From positions 50,530,001-50,594,000 of the forward strand of contig OZ024749.1 in the NCBI GenBank assembly GCA_964016885.1: a DNA stretch of 64,000 nucleotides. Reading direction: 5' to 3'. Source of the stretch: Eledone cirrhosa. Taxonomy: Eukaryota. Below the pieces are notes generated by a model. The model was not told the DNA's origin, searched no databases, and saw only the letters and a program-made list of their open reading frames with translations. Shown piece after piece: positions 28,110 to 44,046 of the stretch; position 1 is the first letter of the stretch, and every line of letters begins with the position of its first letter. The position numbers and the translations under genes were made by a program.

Positions 28110-28668
28110 GTGTGTGTGTGTAGTCATATGTGTGGCTGAATGAAACTTCTTGTGCGTTTCGAATTGAATGAAATTTATATCTAATATAACAATGCTGTTC
28201 GGGGAGAAGTATTACTTTTTTTGTAGTTATTTTGAAGTGCGAACACATGAAAAATTTCAGTTCAAATGTACAGAGGAATTGAATCAAACACTTGGTTGAA
28301 CATTGTTGAGTGAAGTACAAAAGCAACACCTGCAATAAATAAAAAAAAATTTGAAACGTTGTTCAAGACAATAACGCTCTGAAGTTGAAAGTTTTCTGAA
28401 GTTTCAACTCAAGTTTCATGCAGAAGATTGTTTATCAGTTTAATTCATCTTGGACTGAAGTCATAAAATCCATAGGAAAAAAATCTATAAGAAAAAGGAA
28501 AGAAACATGTTCGAATGTTAAAGATATGGTGAAAAGTTTTGTTTCATTCTTCTATTTAGTTTAATAGTCTCAAAAGTAGCTCGATTCCAGCGTATAAAAG
28601 GATATTTTGAGATGTCTTGATTTCTGTATATCAGTTATATTTTATAATATATTAGATAATTAATATTA

Positions 28669-28715
<47 letters not shown>

Positions 28716-28716
<1 letters not shown>

Positions 28717-28802
28717 TCGGCGAAAGCAGGGGAGTACGTGGCTCTGATGAACACCAACCAGCGTGAAACAGACTGCCAGCTTCTCTCCCTTCTTTCGCCG
28801 AA
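28716..28802 (+). ncRNA. Hammerhead-like motif with long stem I, cleavage triplet mutated (GCC), in TA-flanked element 28711-28879
   Basis: TTCGGCGAAAG..GGGAG..GCT-CTGATGA-AC..GT-GAAA-CAGaCTG-CC-AGC..CTCCC..CTTTCGCCGAA. Confidence 0.65.
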
Positions 28803-28877
28803 AAGAAGTAAGTGACATATCACTTCTCTAAAAAGGATAGCGTATGGTCTTCTAAATGTTTTTAATGAAACGTACGG

Positions 28878-28952
<75 letters not shown>

Positions 28953-28991
28953 CATTATATTATATTTTAGGAGTGGATTATATTATATTTT

Positions 28992-29186
28992 AGGGCAGTG
29001 GATTGGCAGTATCGGTAGTGGGTCGGACGCCATGCTTTGCAGCAAATAGTTACAGCCATTTATGGTCTGAATTCACATCCCGCCGAGGTTAACTTTGCCT
29101 TTCATCTATACGGGGACGATAAAATAAGGTACCAGTAATGCACTGGAGTAATTGCTGGCCTTGTGCCAAAAGTAGAATCAATTATT
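28992..29186 (+). mobile_element. SINE family A, short form
   Basis: Full head, core and tail matching 6169-6360. Confidence 0.9.
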
Positions 29187-29993
29187 AACGTTAGCTAATG
29201 GTTTGGTGTAATTGTTTCGTGTTCGTAAAGACTGTGATATAATTCCATATCCTATATATCCTATCTCTGATCATTTGATTCATATAATGCTTCAATTAAT
29301 TGCTGATGTTAATATGTTATATCACACTATTAATCTGTTTATTAGTTTGGTATATTTTCTGCCATTGTGTAGTGTAGATATTATGTAATTGTAATCGTGA
29401 CAGTCGTAAATTCCCTGATGTAAACTATTTTCTTGGAGGAACATACCACAACTTCTAGCGTCTAGACGTTGTCGTATGTTTCCTCCAGACGAATCAACAT
29501 ACACATACAAAAAGAACAATATATACAAACCAACTGTATTGACTCTGTCTACAATAAGGATTTAACATCATTTCACCCTGACAAAGAAATTATGTAAGAA
29601 TGCATTTAGGAAATTCAGGAAGTATTTAAAACATTTATCGTTCCAAATTCCGCTATGAACTCCTATGAATTTATATTTAAACATCTGGATAATAAAAGAT
29701 ACAACCATAGCAGATCCATGTTTTTTAAATAAAAGATACAACTTATATGTTTATATAGAAAGAGGCACTTGAACGTGTGAAGTTGCGTTTTAGCTGGAAA
29801 GATGATTCAGCTCTCTACGTACATACACATAATATGTACACTTGTATTTGGTATGTCAATGATATATATATATATATATATATATAATGTGTGTGTGCAT
29901 CTATGTATTTAATATTTATGTATGATGTATTTATTTATGTATCTTTGCGTGTTTGTGTGTTTGTGTCTGCATATACAACGCAACACACCATTT

Positions 29994-30055
<62 letters not shown>

Positions 30056-30095
30056 GATATTAAATAAATGGAAACTATATTTATAAAACCATATT

Positions 30096-30170
30096 TATTT
30101 CATTATATATATTTCAGGGATATCATATTAAAAATATTAAAAATATGTTATGCCTTCCTCAGACAAAATA
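30096..30170 (-). ncRNA. Type I hammerhead ribozyme motif (homolog of 20434-20498)
   Basis: Minus TATTTTGT-CTGAGGA-AGG..CATATT/AATATG..CCT-GAAA-TATATA-TA-ATGAAATA. Confidence 0.75.
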
Positions 30171-30757
30171 CAATATAAACAGTCTTATAAATAGATAGAT
30201 TCGACATGCCTTTCAACTTCGACTTCTATTTGAAAAGTTGATTTGGTATATATATATATATCCAAACACTCTTACATAGGCTACAATGGAAGTGCAAGGG
30301 TTTTTTTTTCCATGTCATTCTCTTCATATCTCAATATGCTATTGTGTATCTTAAAACACAAATATAGCACTTCTTCCAACTGCAGCACCCTTCTTTCATT
30401 CTACTTAAATCTCCTTCATTCAATGCTGGGAGTGGTTTGCTATATTAAGTTCAAGAGGCCAAGAATCTTAAATGAATACGACTTTTGTTATCAAGTATTT
30501 TGACGTCTATTTTGAGAAAAGAATTTGCCTGCACCTGTTATAAGCAACTATGAGAAAATGGCGATTTACTTCAGTTTTGTATAATTGTTGTTGATTTTCA
30601 AAACATTTTTCATGAAGTTTTTTTGTTGTTGTTTTTTTCCTTTTTTTCTATTCAAGTCTTTTTTTCTCCCTTTCTATATATTTTCCACTTTTACACCTTA
30701 TGCAATAATGTAACGCCTACATTGCTTTGCAAAATATTATCATTATCATTGTTGTTG

Positions 30758-30801
<44 letters not shown>

Positions 30802-31126
30802 GTTGTTGTTGTTGTTGTTGCTATTATTACTATTGCCGTTCTTGTTGTATTCTTGTTGTATTCGGTAGTCCTATTATTACAACATAGGATTTCTAAATAA
30901 GCGTGTCTCTATATAATAAAGTATACATAACATTCTTAATATTTTGTTCTTATGATGGGGTTGTTGTGGGGGGGGGGGGGGGTCTTCAATTTATATTGCG
31001 ACCATCTTAGGTAATATATGTGACGTACGTTACTGTGGTATAAAATGAATGTTTTCTGCATGTCCTGTAATCTTCGTCATTGTATTTCGTTTCTATTTTC
31101 TTCCTGCGCATGTTAATATTATTATT

Positions 31127-31178
31127 ATTACCAGTAATGCACTGGGTAATTGCTGGCCTTGTGCCTAAAGTAGAAACA

Positions 31179-31209
<31 letters not shown>

Positions 31210-31385
31210 TTTATCGGTAGGTGGTCGGAGGCCATGCTTTCCAGCATAGTTACGACCCTTTACGATCAGAGTTCAAATCCCGCCGAGGTTGACTTTGCCT
31301 TTCATCCTTACGGGGTCGATAAAATAAAGTACCAGTAATGCACTGGGTAAATGCTGGCCTTGTTCCTAACGTAGAAACAATTATT
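31127..31385 (+). mobile_element. SINE family A: 3' fragment (31127-31185), (ATT)n, then near-full copy (31213-31385)
   Basis: TACCAGTAATGCACTGGGTAA.TGCTGGCCTTG occurs twice. Confidence 0.85.
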
Positions 31386-31402
31386 ACTATTACTACTACT
31401 AC

Positions 31403-31434
<32 letters not shown>

Positions 31435-31893
31435 CTTTCTTTATTAACCAGAAGGGTTTACACAAAGTAGACATTAAGGACAGTACAGGACAAAACAGGA
31501 CGGTACAAATGGGCATTTCTGCGTGTTAAAAAAACAAAAAAAAAACAGGATGTAATAATAATAATGTAAAATAGTAATGATAATAATAATAATAATTCTA
31601 CTGCATCTACTACTACTGCTACTACTTCTACTGCTGCTACTACTACTACAACCGCCGCTACTACAACAACAACTACTGCTACCACTACTACTACATTTAT
31701 TGTCTTCTAAATGGCCTCCATTCCACAAGTATTCTCATCGTGTTGTTTCCACAGTAAGGTTGTCGCCATATTCAACATTATGATAGCTAATTATATTTTT
31801 TCTTCATTTACTTTCTACCTGTCTTTGTTGATTTTGTTGTATTTTGTTTTTAGATACTTTATATATTACGTTATATTTCTCATTGCTACTACT

Positions 31894-31938
<45 letters not shown>

Positions 31939-32133
31939 TACTTTCATATATATATTATGTGTGTGTGTGTGTGCATATATATATGTATACATATATATAT
32001 ATATATATATAATATATATATATATATATTTATATATGCATATGTATATATATATATATATGTATTGGTATATATATACATATACATATGTATATATATA
32101 TATGTATGTATATATACATATATATATATATAC

Positions 32134-32266
<133 letters not shown>

Positions 32267-32438
32267 CATATGTATATATATATATGTATGTATATATACA
32301 TATATATATATATACATATGTGTATATATATATATATAAATATGCATATGTATATATATATATATGTATTGGTATATATATACATATGTATATATATATA
32401 TGTATGTATATATACATATATATATATATATACATATG

Positions 32439-32469
<31 letters not shown>

Positions 32470-32770
32470 TTATGTATATACATATGTACACAAAACATAT
32501 GTTTTGAATAATATATATAGAAACATGTTTTTATTTCAAAATGGATTAAATAAATTTATGAATGCATAAGCTACACTATTAATGAATGCTTGTTTTTCAT
32601 TCTTTGCCATATTCATGGTTCCAAAAACAGCGAACTAGCGCCAAAATCCAAATATATATATAACAAAACTTTAGCTTTAAAATAGCTTGTTAAGGAATAT
32701 ATCGTATGATGTTTTTACGGAAGATCCTACATAAATGGATTGTCTTTGTCATACAAGTATATTTCTAAGT

Positions 32771-32930
32771 GAAGGCGTGTGGCTGAATGGTTAGAGAATT
32801 GGATTTGTGAGGTTTTGAATTTGATTCCTGGAACGACTGTTGCATTATGTCCTCGAGCAAGACGCTTTATTTCAAGTTACTCCTTCTACCTGGATTTGCG
32901 ATCGATAGATAGTATTAGCATTAGACAAAT
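32771..32930 (+). mobile_element. SINE family B (same tail type as 42752-42966)
   Basis: GGCGTGTGGCTGAATGGTTAGAGAATTGG..CCTCGAGCAAGACGCTTTATTTCA..TCCTTCTACCTGGA. Confidence 0.8.
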
Positions 32931-35040
32931 GTTATCGATTACCTACTGCTCTCGTAGTCTAGTGTAACAATATGTGAAAGTGTAAAATTCATTTTCCTAT
33001 CTGTGATACTTTGCATGTTCTTTTTTCTTTCTATGATATTTTCTATGTTATACACGAGTGTCATGGTTGTTGTCTAGACACAGATCAAATTGTGACAGGA
33101 GAGAGGTTTTCCAATATTTTTGAAAAGCTTAACATCTATCTGCTGGCTTTTTTCTAATTTGCGTTATTTAATACAACGGTGAGCTGTCTACTGACTGAAA
33201 CACTTGACGATAATATCACAACCAACCAGTATAATGAATGTAATATTTGAAGGTGATACCTCAGCTTAACTGCAGTTTAATTACTAGAATGTTGAAATTA
33301 TGGAAAACCTTTTCATTAGCATAGCAACAGTTGAAATTCTATTGATGTTTACAGCAGTCTCACAGCATAGCAATTTGATATTGCTAGCATTAACGGTAAT
33401 TATCAGAATCTTTTACGTTTTAACTTGTTTCTTTTGTACACGAGAATGTATAGCTAAACATAATTATCAGTCATGGTTTAACCCCAAATCAATCATTAGT
33501 GAGATTAGATCCAGAGATATACATATGCAGAACGAACCAGAATATCTAGGGTCTCTTCGATTCCAAGCGTTCATAATTTGTGATTTGTCGGGAATATCGT
33601 TGTTATATCTAGCACATCAAGCTACCTCTGAATGACACTCGTTGTAAATATATGATTTTGTTTAAAAAATATAGATAGATTAAGAGAAATAAATTACACC
33701 TCTTAAAATATACTGAAACATGGAGTATGTAATTTATAAGAAAACTCTTGGGCAAATAACTCATTTTATTCCTATGTTTATTTTCTTAGTTTCTTTTGGA
33801 TAACATCATAAATTCAAGTTAGTTTATATAATTTTAATCTGTCATATATTTCTAATCTTCCTACTTAGAAAGATACTATATCACTCGCGAAAAGAACGAG
33901 GAAAATCATTTAATGGGATTCGAAAATATAAAAGAATGATCTCATATTATGTTTATCCTTTTTTGTTTCTCTTATTTGTTATTGCTTTGCTTTATGCCAA
34001 TATTATTATTACCATTATGATTAGTATTAGTATTATTATTGTTGTTGTTGTGTTGTTGTTGTTGTGTTGTTGTTGTTGTTTTGTATATTATTATTAATTT
34101 GTTTTCTTCCGTTTAAATTTTAATCGTTGTTTGATAGTTAGATAAGAAAATAGGTTGTATTACAATATATTGCAATTTATTGCTATTACAAATTACAAAT
34201 TGCTGAAGTCTGGTGACAGTTATTGTTATAGCTTTTGCTTCATGGGTTCATCTATAAAGAACTGCCATCGTGTATGCATATGTGTGTTTTTCTACGAAGT
34301 TATGGGTGTAATGTCTACAGTCAATTTCAATTTCTCACTAGAAAATGTCTTTTTTTTAAATTACATTTATCGTATTTTGTTTATATTTACTTATATATTC
34401 GGGATGCTTTCTTTTTGAATTGTTGGTGTTGTTGTTGTTGTTATTGTTGTCAACGTTATTTATTTGTTCCATATGTTTTTCACAATCCGCTTGATGTTTT
34501 GAATTAAAATCCTATTTTGATCAAATATTTGCCTCGCTTCAGTAAATATTTAATGAAATTCACTGGTAAAGTATATGCATCAAGTTATTTATCATATCTT
34601 ACAACACATCAGCGGCGAACAACATTCACAAACATTACAAAGCTTACAACTAACCAAAAAATGAAATATCACCAACAACAAATATAACAACACCAATAAC
34701 AACAACAACAAATATAACAACACTAATAACAACAACAACATAACAAGGACAGCAACAACACAAACAATAGCAAGAGCATTATCATTAGTGTTAAAATTGT
34801 TGGAATAAATTGAAAGTATATATACTATCAACACTATAGGACAATTAAAGGGAAATGCTGCTATATATTTGGAAACATATAGGAAATATATTTCTCCAAT
34901 GAAGAACTCTGTTCAATCTTAATCGACCTTATAACCGGCTCATTCCTCAATAACATTTTGACTTATATATTCATATGTATCGATGTCATTAACAATTGCA
35001 ACATTTTCGTTTTCATCAGAAACAGCCATGTTTTCATAAA

Positions 35041-35410
35041 TAATGATTTCTAGTATAGGCACAAGGCCAGTATTTTGGGGGGAGGGAATGTCGATTAAAT
35101 CGACCCAGTGAGTGATTGATACTTCATTTTATCGACCCCGTAAAAATGAAAGGCAAATTTACCCTCGGCGGGATGTCAGACCGTAAAGGACAGTAACTCT
35201 GTGCTGCAAAGCATGGTGCCCGACTCTCTACCGATGCTGCCAATCCACTAAATAATTGTTTCTACTTTTGGCACAAGACGAGCAATTATCGAACCCGTAA
35301 GGATGAAAGGCAAAGTTAACCTCGGCGGGATTTGAACTCAGAATGGCGAGGGCCGTAATGCTATGCGTGAAAGCATGGCGTCCGACTCTCTACCGATCCT
35401 GCCAATCCAC
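35041..35410 (-). mobile_element. Two tandem SINE family A copies (long form 35041-35248, deleted form 35253-35410)
   Basis: Two GAAAGGCAAA.TT.ACCTCGGCGGGAT..CTGCCAATCCACTAAATA ends. Confidence 0.88.
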
Positions 35411-35789
35411 TAAATAGTGATTGGAAGACGGAATGAAAACGATATTTGATAATTTCTTTTTAACCCATAACTCACTTCTCGTAGCACTATACCGTGTCTC
35501 TCTACCTTCCTTTCCTCAAGAAACAGAAACATATGTAGACATACCTAGATGTAAGCATGGCTGTGAAGTTGCGTCATTTCTTCAGAAGGCATCTAGTTGG
35601 CGGATAAAATATTTATATCTGGTAAAATCAATATGGAAAATAGAGAATTTCAAACCTTATATTTAGAGGTTTCAATCTTGTATCATTCGCCTATGCAACG
35701 TGTCACATCTGCCGAAATAAAATCAATATGAGTAAAAATCTAAAGTTTTACACTAGAATTTATACTTTCTCTAAAATATCTATGAGCTT

Positions 35790-36115
35790 ATGTATTATTT
35801 TTTTTTTACCTAAAACCCTATATTGTGTTGCAGCATTCGCTGGATCCTTTGCTGTTGATATTGTTGTTATTGGTGTTCATGTTAAATTTATTGTGTTCCC
35901 CCTATCAAGAATTCAAAAGGAAAATCAATCATTTTAAAAGCCGTGTTTGCTAGGAATTTAGGAGTTTATGATTTTTTTTTACCTAAAGCCCTATATTCTT
36001 CTGCCTCTGATGTTTTTACCGTTGTTGATGTTACTCTTATTCACGTTACCTTTATTGTGTAGCTCATTTCAACAACTCAAAAGAAAAATCAATACTTTTA
36101 AAGCTGTGTTTGCTC
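35790..36115 (+). repeat. Diverged tandem duplication (~175 bp x2)
   Basis: TTTTTTTTACCTAAA.CCCTATATT ... CAAAAG.AAAATCAAT..TTT.AAAGC.GTGTTTGCT occurs twice. Confidence 0.75.
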
Positions 36116-36565
36116 AATATAATTAATATAATTATTTATTTCATTAATTATACTTTTATCATTAATTAATAATTCAACTAAACTCTATTCTAGCATCAAC
36201 AAAAACATCTATAAAAACAACAACAAAGGACATTTATGCCATGCAAAGGCTGAAAAAAAACAAAAAACAAGTCCAAATACGGAAAATGAAAGAAAAGTGT
36301 TGCCTGACGTAAATTCAAGGAATTACAAATATAAACTAAATAACAAATAACAAAATATAAAAGAAAATAGAATGGAATGTTGGTTTTAGTTTGATTTGAT
36401 TTGATTCGGTAACATTTTCGAAAGGAAAATATGGACATGTCAGGCTTGTGTAATTTCATGCTTATTCATATAATAATTAAAAGAGAATATAATATAGTAA
36501 TTATAACTATGTTGATATTAATGACAACAACAACAATAACAACATCAATAATAATAGTTTATGAA

Positions 36566-36955
36566 TTAGTTGCAAGGCCAAACAATTTTGGGGAGGTGAA
36601 AGTCAACTAAATCGAACCTAGTGCATTAATAGTACTTTATTTTATGACCACGTAAGGATGAAAGGCAAAGCTAACCTCGGCGTGATTTGAACTCACACCG
36701 TAAAGGGACGTGGCTATATGCCGCAAAGCAAGTTGTCCGACGCTCTAACGATTAATGCCAATCCACCCCACTTTTATAATGGTTGCTGATTTAGGCACAG
36801 GGCCAGCAATTTTGGGGAGAGGAAAGTCGATTAAATCGATCCCAGTGCATTGCTGGTATTTATTTTATCGACACCGTAAAGATGAAAGGCAAAACTGACC
36901 TCGGCAAGATTTGAACCTCAGAAATTAAAAGAGCGTAACTCTATGCCACTAAACA
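36566..36955 (-). mobile_element. Two tandem SINE family A long-form copies
   Basis: 36566-36768 and 36778-36955 match the family A reverse complement. Confidence 0.82.
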
Positions 36956-37015
36956 TAATAACAAGTCACGGAACCCTAATTGTCTAGTAACGCAAAGAGA
37001 ATCATTCGCTTGAAG

Positions 37016-37171
<156 letters not shown>

Positions 37172-37379
37172 TTATATATATATATATATATGTAGATAAA
37201 TCTACCAAGAGTTTACGGTAGTGTCCAATCCGTATGAAGAACTCAATGTATTCCGGATATCATGGAAAGAAGAGATGTAATGAAAATCCACTTTCGGTGA
37301 AAGATAAACGGTATACAGAGTCAAGATAAAATATTAAACAAATAATGAATAAACAATTCCTTATATTAAACAAAAAAAG

Positions 37380-37534
37380 TTCATTATTTAACGATCGTTT
37401 CTAGGGTATAAACGTGTTATAATTGGTATGCATATTCAACAGATCTATGTACAAAATTATACAAAATTATACAAATTATCAAGATTAAATATACATACCT
37501 AACACATATATACGCCGTCTTCAGAAATAATGAA
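37380..37534 (-). ncRNA. Type I hammerhead ribozyme motif with ~115-nt stem II domain
   Basis: Reverse-complement copy of 41109-41263. Confidence 0.75.
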
Positions 37535-38344
37535 GTATATTTATTGATAATAACAACAATTCAAAATATCAGTTCAAAATTGACCAATGAAAACACAAAG
37601 GGTTAAAAGCAGTTCGGTGTGTGTATATACATGTAAAATCCTTACACATATTTTACAAAAATGTGTGTATAATTTGTATACGCATACTAAAAAGATGGAT
37701 GCAAACACAAAATTTCAAGGTTAATATCTCCGTAAGCTTAATGCGCTGATAAGATTCGCATTGATACTTATGGAGTCAAGCATATAAATATATTTTTTCA
37801 TACTCACACATATCAGTATAATCACACATACATGCGCGTATATGCATAAATATACACATAACCACGAACATACAAACACACACACTCCCCCACTCACATT
37901 TATATATGTGGATATAAAATCATAAGCACATAGAAATTAAATCACTCACATAAAGCACTGGCACACACATTTCAAGATCAAGATACAGAAATTAGGTGGG
38001 AGGGGGGGGAGGGGTCAGTATTCAATTGTCTGAGCAGACTGCCTAATATAAATGTATCTATAAATTAAGAAAAATAAAAAAATAAAACAATAAAATATAA
38101 TAAAAATATACATACACATACAGATATATATACACATACATACATGTACGCGCACATAGAGATATTTACGCATACACACATACACACATACATATACAGT
38201 CATACACACACATACACTTACACGAACATACACATACACATATAAAAAGATATATATATACACACACACACGCGCAACACATACACACATACACATATAT
38301 ATAAAAAATAGATAATAAAGATATATATCCATATATATATATAT

Positions 38345-38391
<47 letters not shown>

Positions 38392-38486
38392 CATATACAT
38401 ACACATACATACACATACATCTAAATATACATACACATACATACACACATACATGTACATACATGTACATACATATACGCACATCG

Positions 38487-38536
<50 letters not shown>

Positions 38537-38871
38537 TCACATAGACATATAGATACATACACACACAACTTACATACACACGTATATATATATATATATA
38601 TAGATGTACCTTCATACATAGAATTAGATATATAATCATACATACATATGCACCTACTTATACTCATATATATAAATACATACGCTTCCATATATGTGTA
38701 TATACATAAAAACAATACAACCTCACCAAACTCAGACATACAAATAAAAATAATAATAAAAAAATAATAATAAAAAGGTACATGTATATACATACACACG
38801 CGCATTAATAGAGATATATATATATACACACATACATACACATATATATATATATACACACACATACATAT

Positions 38872-38922
<51 letters not shown>

Positions 38923-39160
38923 CACACACATAGACTCATACACATATATATATATATATATATATAAAAACATATATATCCACACACTCATACCACCATA
39001 AATACACATACAAACACCCACATGTATATATATATATATATATATATATCTATGTATGTGTTTGTGTGTGTTTGTATGTGTGAGTGTATATATGTGTATG
39101 TGCGCACACACACATACACATATATATATATATATATATATGTGAGTGTGTATGTGTGTC

Positions 39161-39230
<70 letters not shown>

Positions 39231-39345
39231 GATATATATATATATATATATATAGGTGTCTATGTGTGAATATATGTCTTTATTCGTATGTGTGTATTTA
39301 TGTATGTATATATTTATGTGTATGTATGTATGTGTATGTATGTAT

Positions 39346-39377
<32 letters not shown>

Positions 39378-39726
39378 GTGTATATATATATATATGTATA
39401 TTATTCTTTATTATTATAATATAACTTATGTGTATATGTGTATAAGTGAGGTTGTGTATGTATATATAATATGTGTATATATAAGAGTAATAAAATATAT
39501 ATATATATATATATGTGCATGTCTGTTTTTTATGTGTGTGTATATATGTATATATATGTATATATATATATATATATATATACGTGTGTGTATATAGATA
39601 TATATATATATATATATATATACATGTGGGTGTTTGTATGTGTATTTATGGTGGTATGAGTGTGTGGATATATATGTTTTTATATATATATATATATATA
39701 TATATGTGTATGAGTCTATGTGTGTG

Positions 39727-39775
<49 letters not shown>

Positions 39776-40110
39776 ATATGTATGTGTGTGTATATATATA
39801 TATATGTGTATGTATGTGTGTATATATATATATCTCTATTAATGCGCGTGTGTATGTATATACATGTACCTTTTTATTATTATTTTTTTATTATTATTTT
39901 TATTTGTATGTCTGAGTTTGGTGAGGTTGTATTGTTTTTATGTATATACACATATATGGAAGCGTATGTATTTATATATATGAGTATAAGTAGGTGCATA
40001 TGTATGTATGATTATATATCTAATTCTATGTATGAAGGTACATCTATATATATATATATATATACGTGTGTATGTAAGTTGTGTGTGTATGTATCTATAT
40101 GTCTATGTGA

Positions 40111-40154
<44 letters not shown>

Positions 40155-40249
40155 CGATGTGCGTATATGTATGTACATGTATGTACATGTATGTGTGTAT
40201 GTATGTGTATGTATATTTAGATGTATGTGTATGTATGTGTATGTATATG

Positions 40250-40292
<43 letters not shown>

Positions 40293-41108
40293 ATATATAT
40301 ATATATGGATATATATCTTTATTATCTATTTTTTATATATATGTGTATGTGTGTATGTGTTGCGCGTGTGTGTGTGTATATATATATCTTTTTATATGTG
40401 TATGTGTATGTTCGTGTAAGTGTATGTGTGTGTATGACTGTATATGTATGTGTGTATGTGTGTATGCGTAAATATCTCTATGTGCGCGTACATGTATGTA
40501 TGTGTATATATATCTGTATGTGTATGTATATTTTTATTATATTTTATTGTTTTATTTTTTTATTTTTCTTAATTTATAGATACATTTATATTAGGCAGTC
40601 TGCTCAGACAATTGAATACTGACCCCTCCCCCCCCCCCCCCTCCCACCTAATTTCTGTATCTTGATCTTGAAATGTGTGTGCCAGTGTTTTATGTGAGTG
40701 ATTTAATTTCTATGTGCTTATGATTTTATATCCACATATATAAATGTGAGTGGGGGAGTGTGTGTGTTTGTATGTTCGTGGTTATGTGTATATTTATGCA
40801 TATACGCGCATGTATGTGTGATTATACTGATATGTGTGAGTATGAAAAAATATATTTATATGCTTGACTCCATAAGTATCAATGCGAATCTTATCAGCGC
40901 ATTAAGCTTACGGAGATATTAACCTTGAAATTTTGTGTTTGCATCCATCTTTTTAGTATGCGTATACAAATTATACACACATTTTTGTAAAATATGTGTA
41001 AGGATTTTACATGTATATACACACACCGAACTGCTTTTAACCCTTTGTGTTTTCATTGGTCAATTTTGAACTGATATTTTGAATTGTTGTTATTATCAAT
41101 AAATATAC

Positions 41109-41263
41109 TTCATTATTTCTGAAGACGGCGTATATATGTGTTAGGTATGTATATTTAATCTTGATAATTTGTATAATTTTGTATAATTTTGTACATAGAT
41201 CTGTTGAATATGCATACCAATGATAACACGTTTATACCCTAGAAACGATCGTTAAATAATGAA
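41109..41263 (+). ncRNA. Type I hammerhead ribozyme motif with ~115-nt stem II domain
   Basis: TTCATTATTT-CTGAAGA-cGGcGTATA..GTGTTA.GGTATGTATATT..AATATGCATACC..TAACAC..TATACCCta-GAAA-CGATCG-TT-AAATAATGAA; perfect 10-bp stem I; predicted cut after 41253. Confidence 0.75.
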
Positions 41264-41314
41264 CTTTTTTTGTTTAATATAAGGAATTGTTTATTCATTA
41301 TTTGTTTAATATTT

Positions 41315-42199
<885 letters not shown>

Positions 42200-42252
42200 G
42201 TAAGTATGTGTGTATACGTACATACATATATGTATACAGACGTACAGTAGCA

Positions 42253-42336
<84 letters not shown>

Positions 42337-42492
42337 CATACAGGTACACATACATATATGCACGTATCAGTTTAGCGGACGCATATTATAGCGCCACTTT
42401 GTTCGTTTGTAAACAAACTGAACAGCCTGAATTTTTATGCCGTACGGTGTTAAGGCAACCACGTCACCTTTTTGATCAACACTGACACAGGA

Positions 42493-42535
42493 ACGATGTA
42501 CTAGTTTCAAGCTTGTTAGCTATCATCAGCACCGT
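42493..42535 (-). ncRNA. Minimal type I hammerhead ribozyme motif (homolog of 7270-7312)
   Basis: Minus ACGGTG-CTGATGA-tAGCTaacaAGCTt-GAAA-CTAG-TA-CATCGT. Confidence 0.85.
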
Positions 42536-42688
42536 ATACCCATCTGCCAGATGGTTGAACGTTCGAAAGTATACACTTTCCTTATGAAAATTAACGGCTG
42601 AGCAGCCTAATTTGCATATCGAGTGAGCTAAGTGCCGTACTAAGAGTGAGAAATGAAATTTCGTTTTCATTTTATTTCAACTTATATA

Positions 42689-42751
<63 letters not shown>

Positions 42752-42754
<3 letters not shown>

Positions 42755-42966
42755 GAACGATCGACTTTCATCAAGTCGGACAACGGAAACGATGTTTCCG
42801 TTGGTCTTTCCAATTGCTAATACTATCTATCGGTCGCAACTCCAGGTAGAAGGAGCAACGTGAAATAAAGTGCCTTGCCCAAGGACATAACGCATCGCCC
42901 GGTCTGGGAATCGAACTGACAACCTCACGATTGCGAATCCAATTCTCTAACCACTCAGCCACGCGC
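42752..42966 (-). mobile_element. SINE family B, full length, 3' end with two stem-loops abutting (TA)n
   Basis: Reverse-complement tRNA head (TGGCTGAGTGG, GTTCGATTCC), CCTTGGGCAAGGCACTTT core; CAACGGAAAC-gat-GTTTCCGTTG and CGACTT..AAGTCG hairpins. Confidence 0.88.
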
Positions 42967-43016
42967 TATATATATACCAAGGTTTTTGATATGAAATCGT
43001 GTGTCGTAACAAATAC

Positions 43017-43138
43017 TGTTATACTTGGGGAGGATTATATTGTTATAATATTGCCAGAAATAATAACAGTAGACACTCACAGTGAGTGTGTTCTGTTATT
43101 ATTTCTGGCAATATTATAACATAATCCTCCCCAAGTAT

Positions 43139-43142
<4 letters not shown>
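43017..43142. repeat. ~126-bp palindrome centred on 43081
   Basis: TGTTATACTTGGGGAGGATTAT..GCCAGAAATAATAACAG..ACACTCAC-a-GTGAGTGT..TATAACA. Confidence 0.92.
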
Positions 43143-43213
<71 letters not shown>

Positions 43214-43397
43214 TGTATGTATGTATGTATGTATGTATGTATGTATGTATGTATGTATGTATGTATGTATATATGTATGTATGTATATATATATGTATGT
43301 ATGTATATATATATATATATATATGTATGTATATATATATATATATGTATGTATATATATATATATATGTATGTATATATATATATATATATGTATG

Positions 43398-43433
<36 letters not shown>

Positions 43434-43615
43434 TGTATGTATATATATATATGTATGTATATATATATATATATGTATGTATATATATATATATATGTAT
43501 GTATATATATATATATGTGTATGTATATATATATATATGTGTATGTATATATATATATATATATATGCATGTATATATATATATATGTATGTATATATAT
43601 ATATATATATGTATG

Positions 43616-43650
<35 letters not shown>

Positions 43651-44001
43651 ATATATATATATGTATGTATATATATATATATATATGTATGTATATATAT
43701 ATATATACATATGAATGGAATAACAACACTCAAACAAACAACAATGACCTAAGAGAAGTATAAATAAATAAATACATACACAAGCACAATAACAACAAAC
43801 ACATATAAACACACACTAGTAAAGATAGAATACATTAACCAATACACAGTCACCCAATCACGAACACACATCAAACAAAACACTATACACACATGGAAAC
43901 GCATGCGCAAAGAAGACAAAATAAAATAAACAAATAAATAAATATAGAAACAGACTAAATAAAGATGGCGTAGACATACAATGCAACTGGAGGAAACAAT
44001 A

Positions 44002-44046
44002 GCACCACTGACGATGTTGCAGATGTGCAACGAAAGAACTTTGTAA
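44002..44046 (+). ncRNA. Hammerhead-like motif (intact core, weak stem I)
   Basis: CCA-CTGACGA-tGTTGCAgatgTGCAAC-GAAA-GAAC-TT-TG; perfect 6-bp stem II. Confidence 0.6.

Larger units (their letters stand above)
37193..41317. mobile_element. ~4.1-kb fold-back element: ~1.73-kb inverted arms (37326-39053 / 39594-41317) with ~540-bp spacer; Penelope-like, non-coding
   Basis: Arms are reverse complements with only scattered substitutions and microsatellite length differences; one HHR per arm; flanked on both sides by the same TT-interrupted (TA)n array. Confidence 0.8.

Noticed and set aside
35000-35030. Minus-strand CTGATGA-AAAC-GAAA hammerhead candidate
   Set aside because: Stem II absent, no UH triplet with matching stem I
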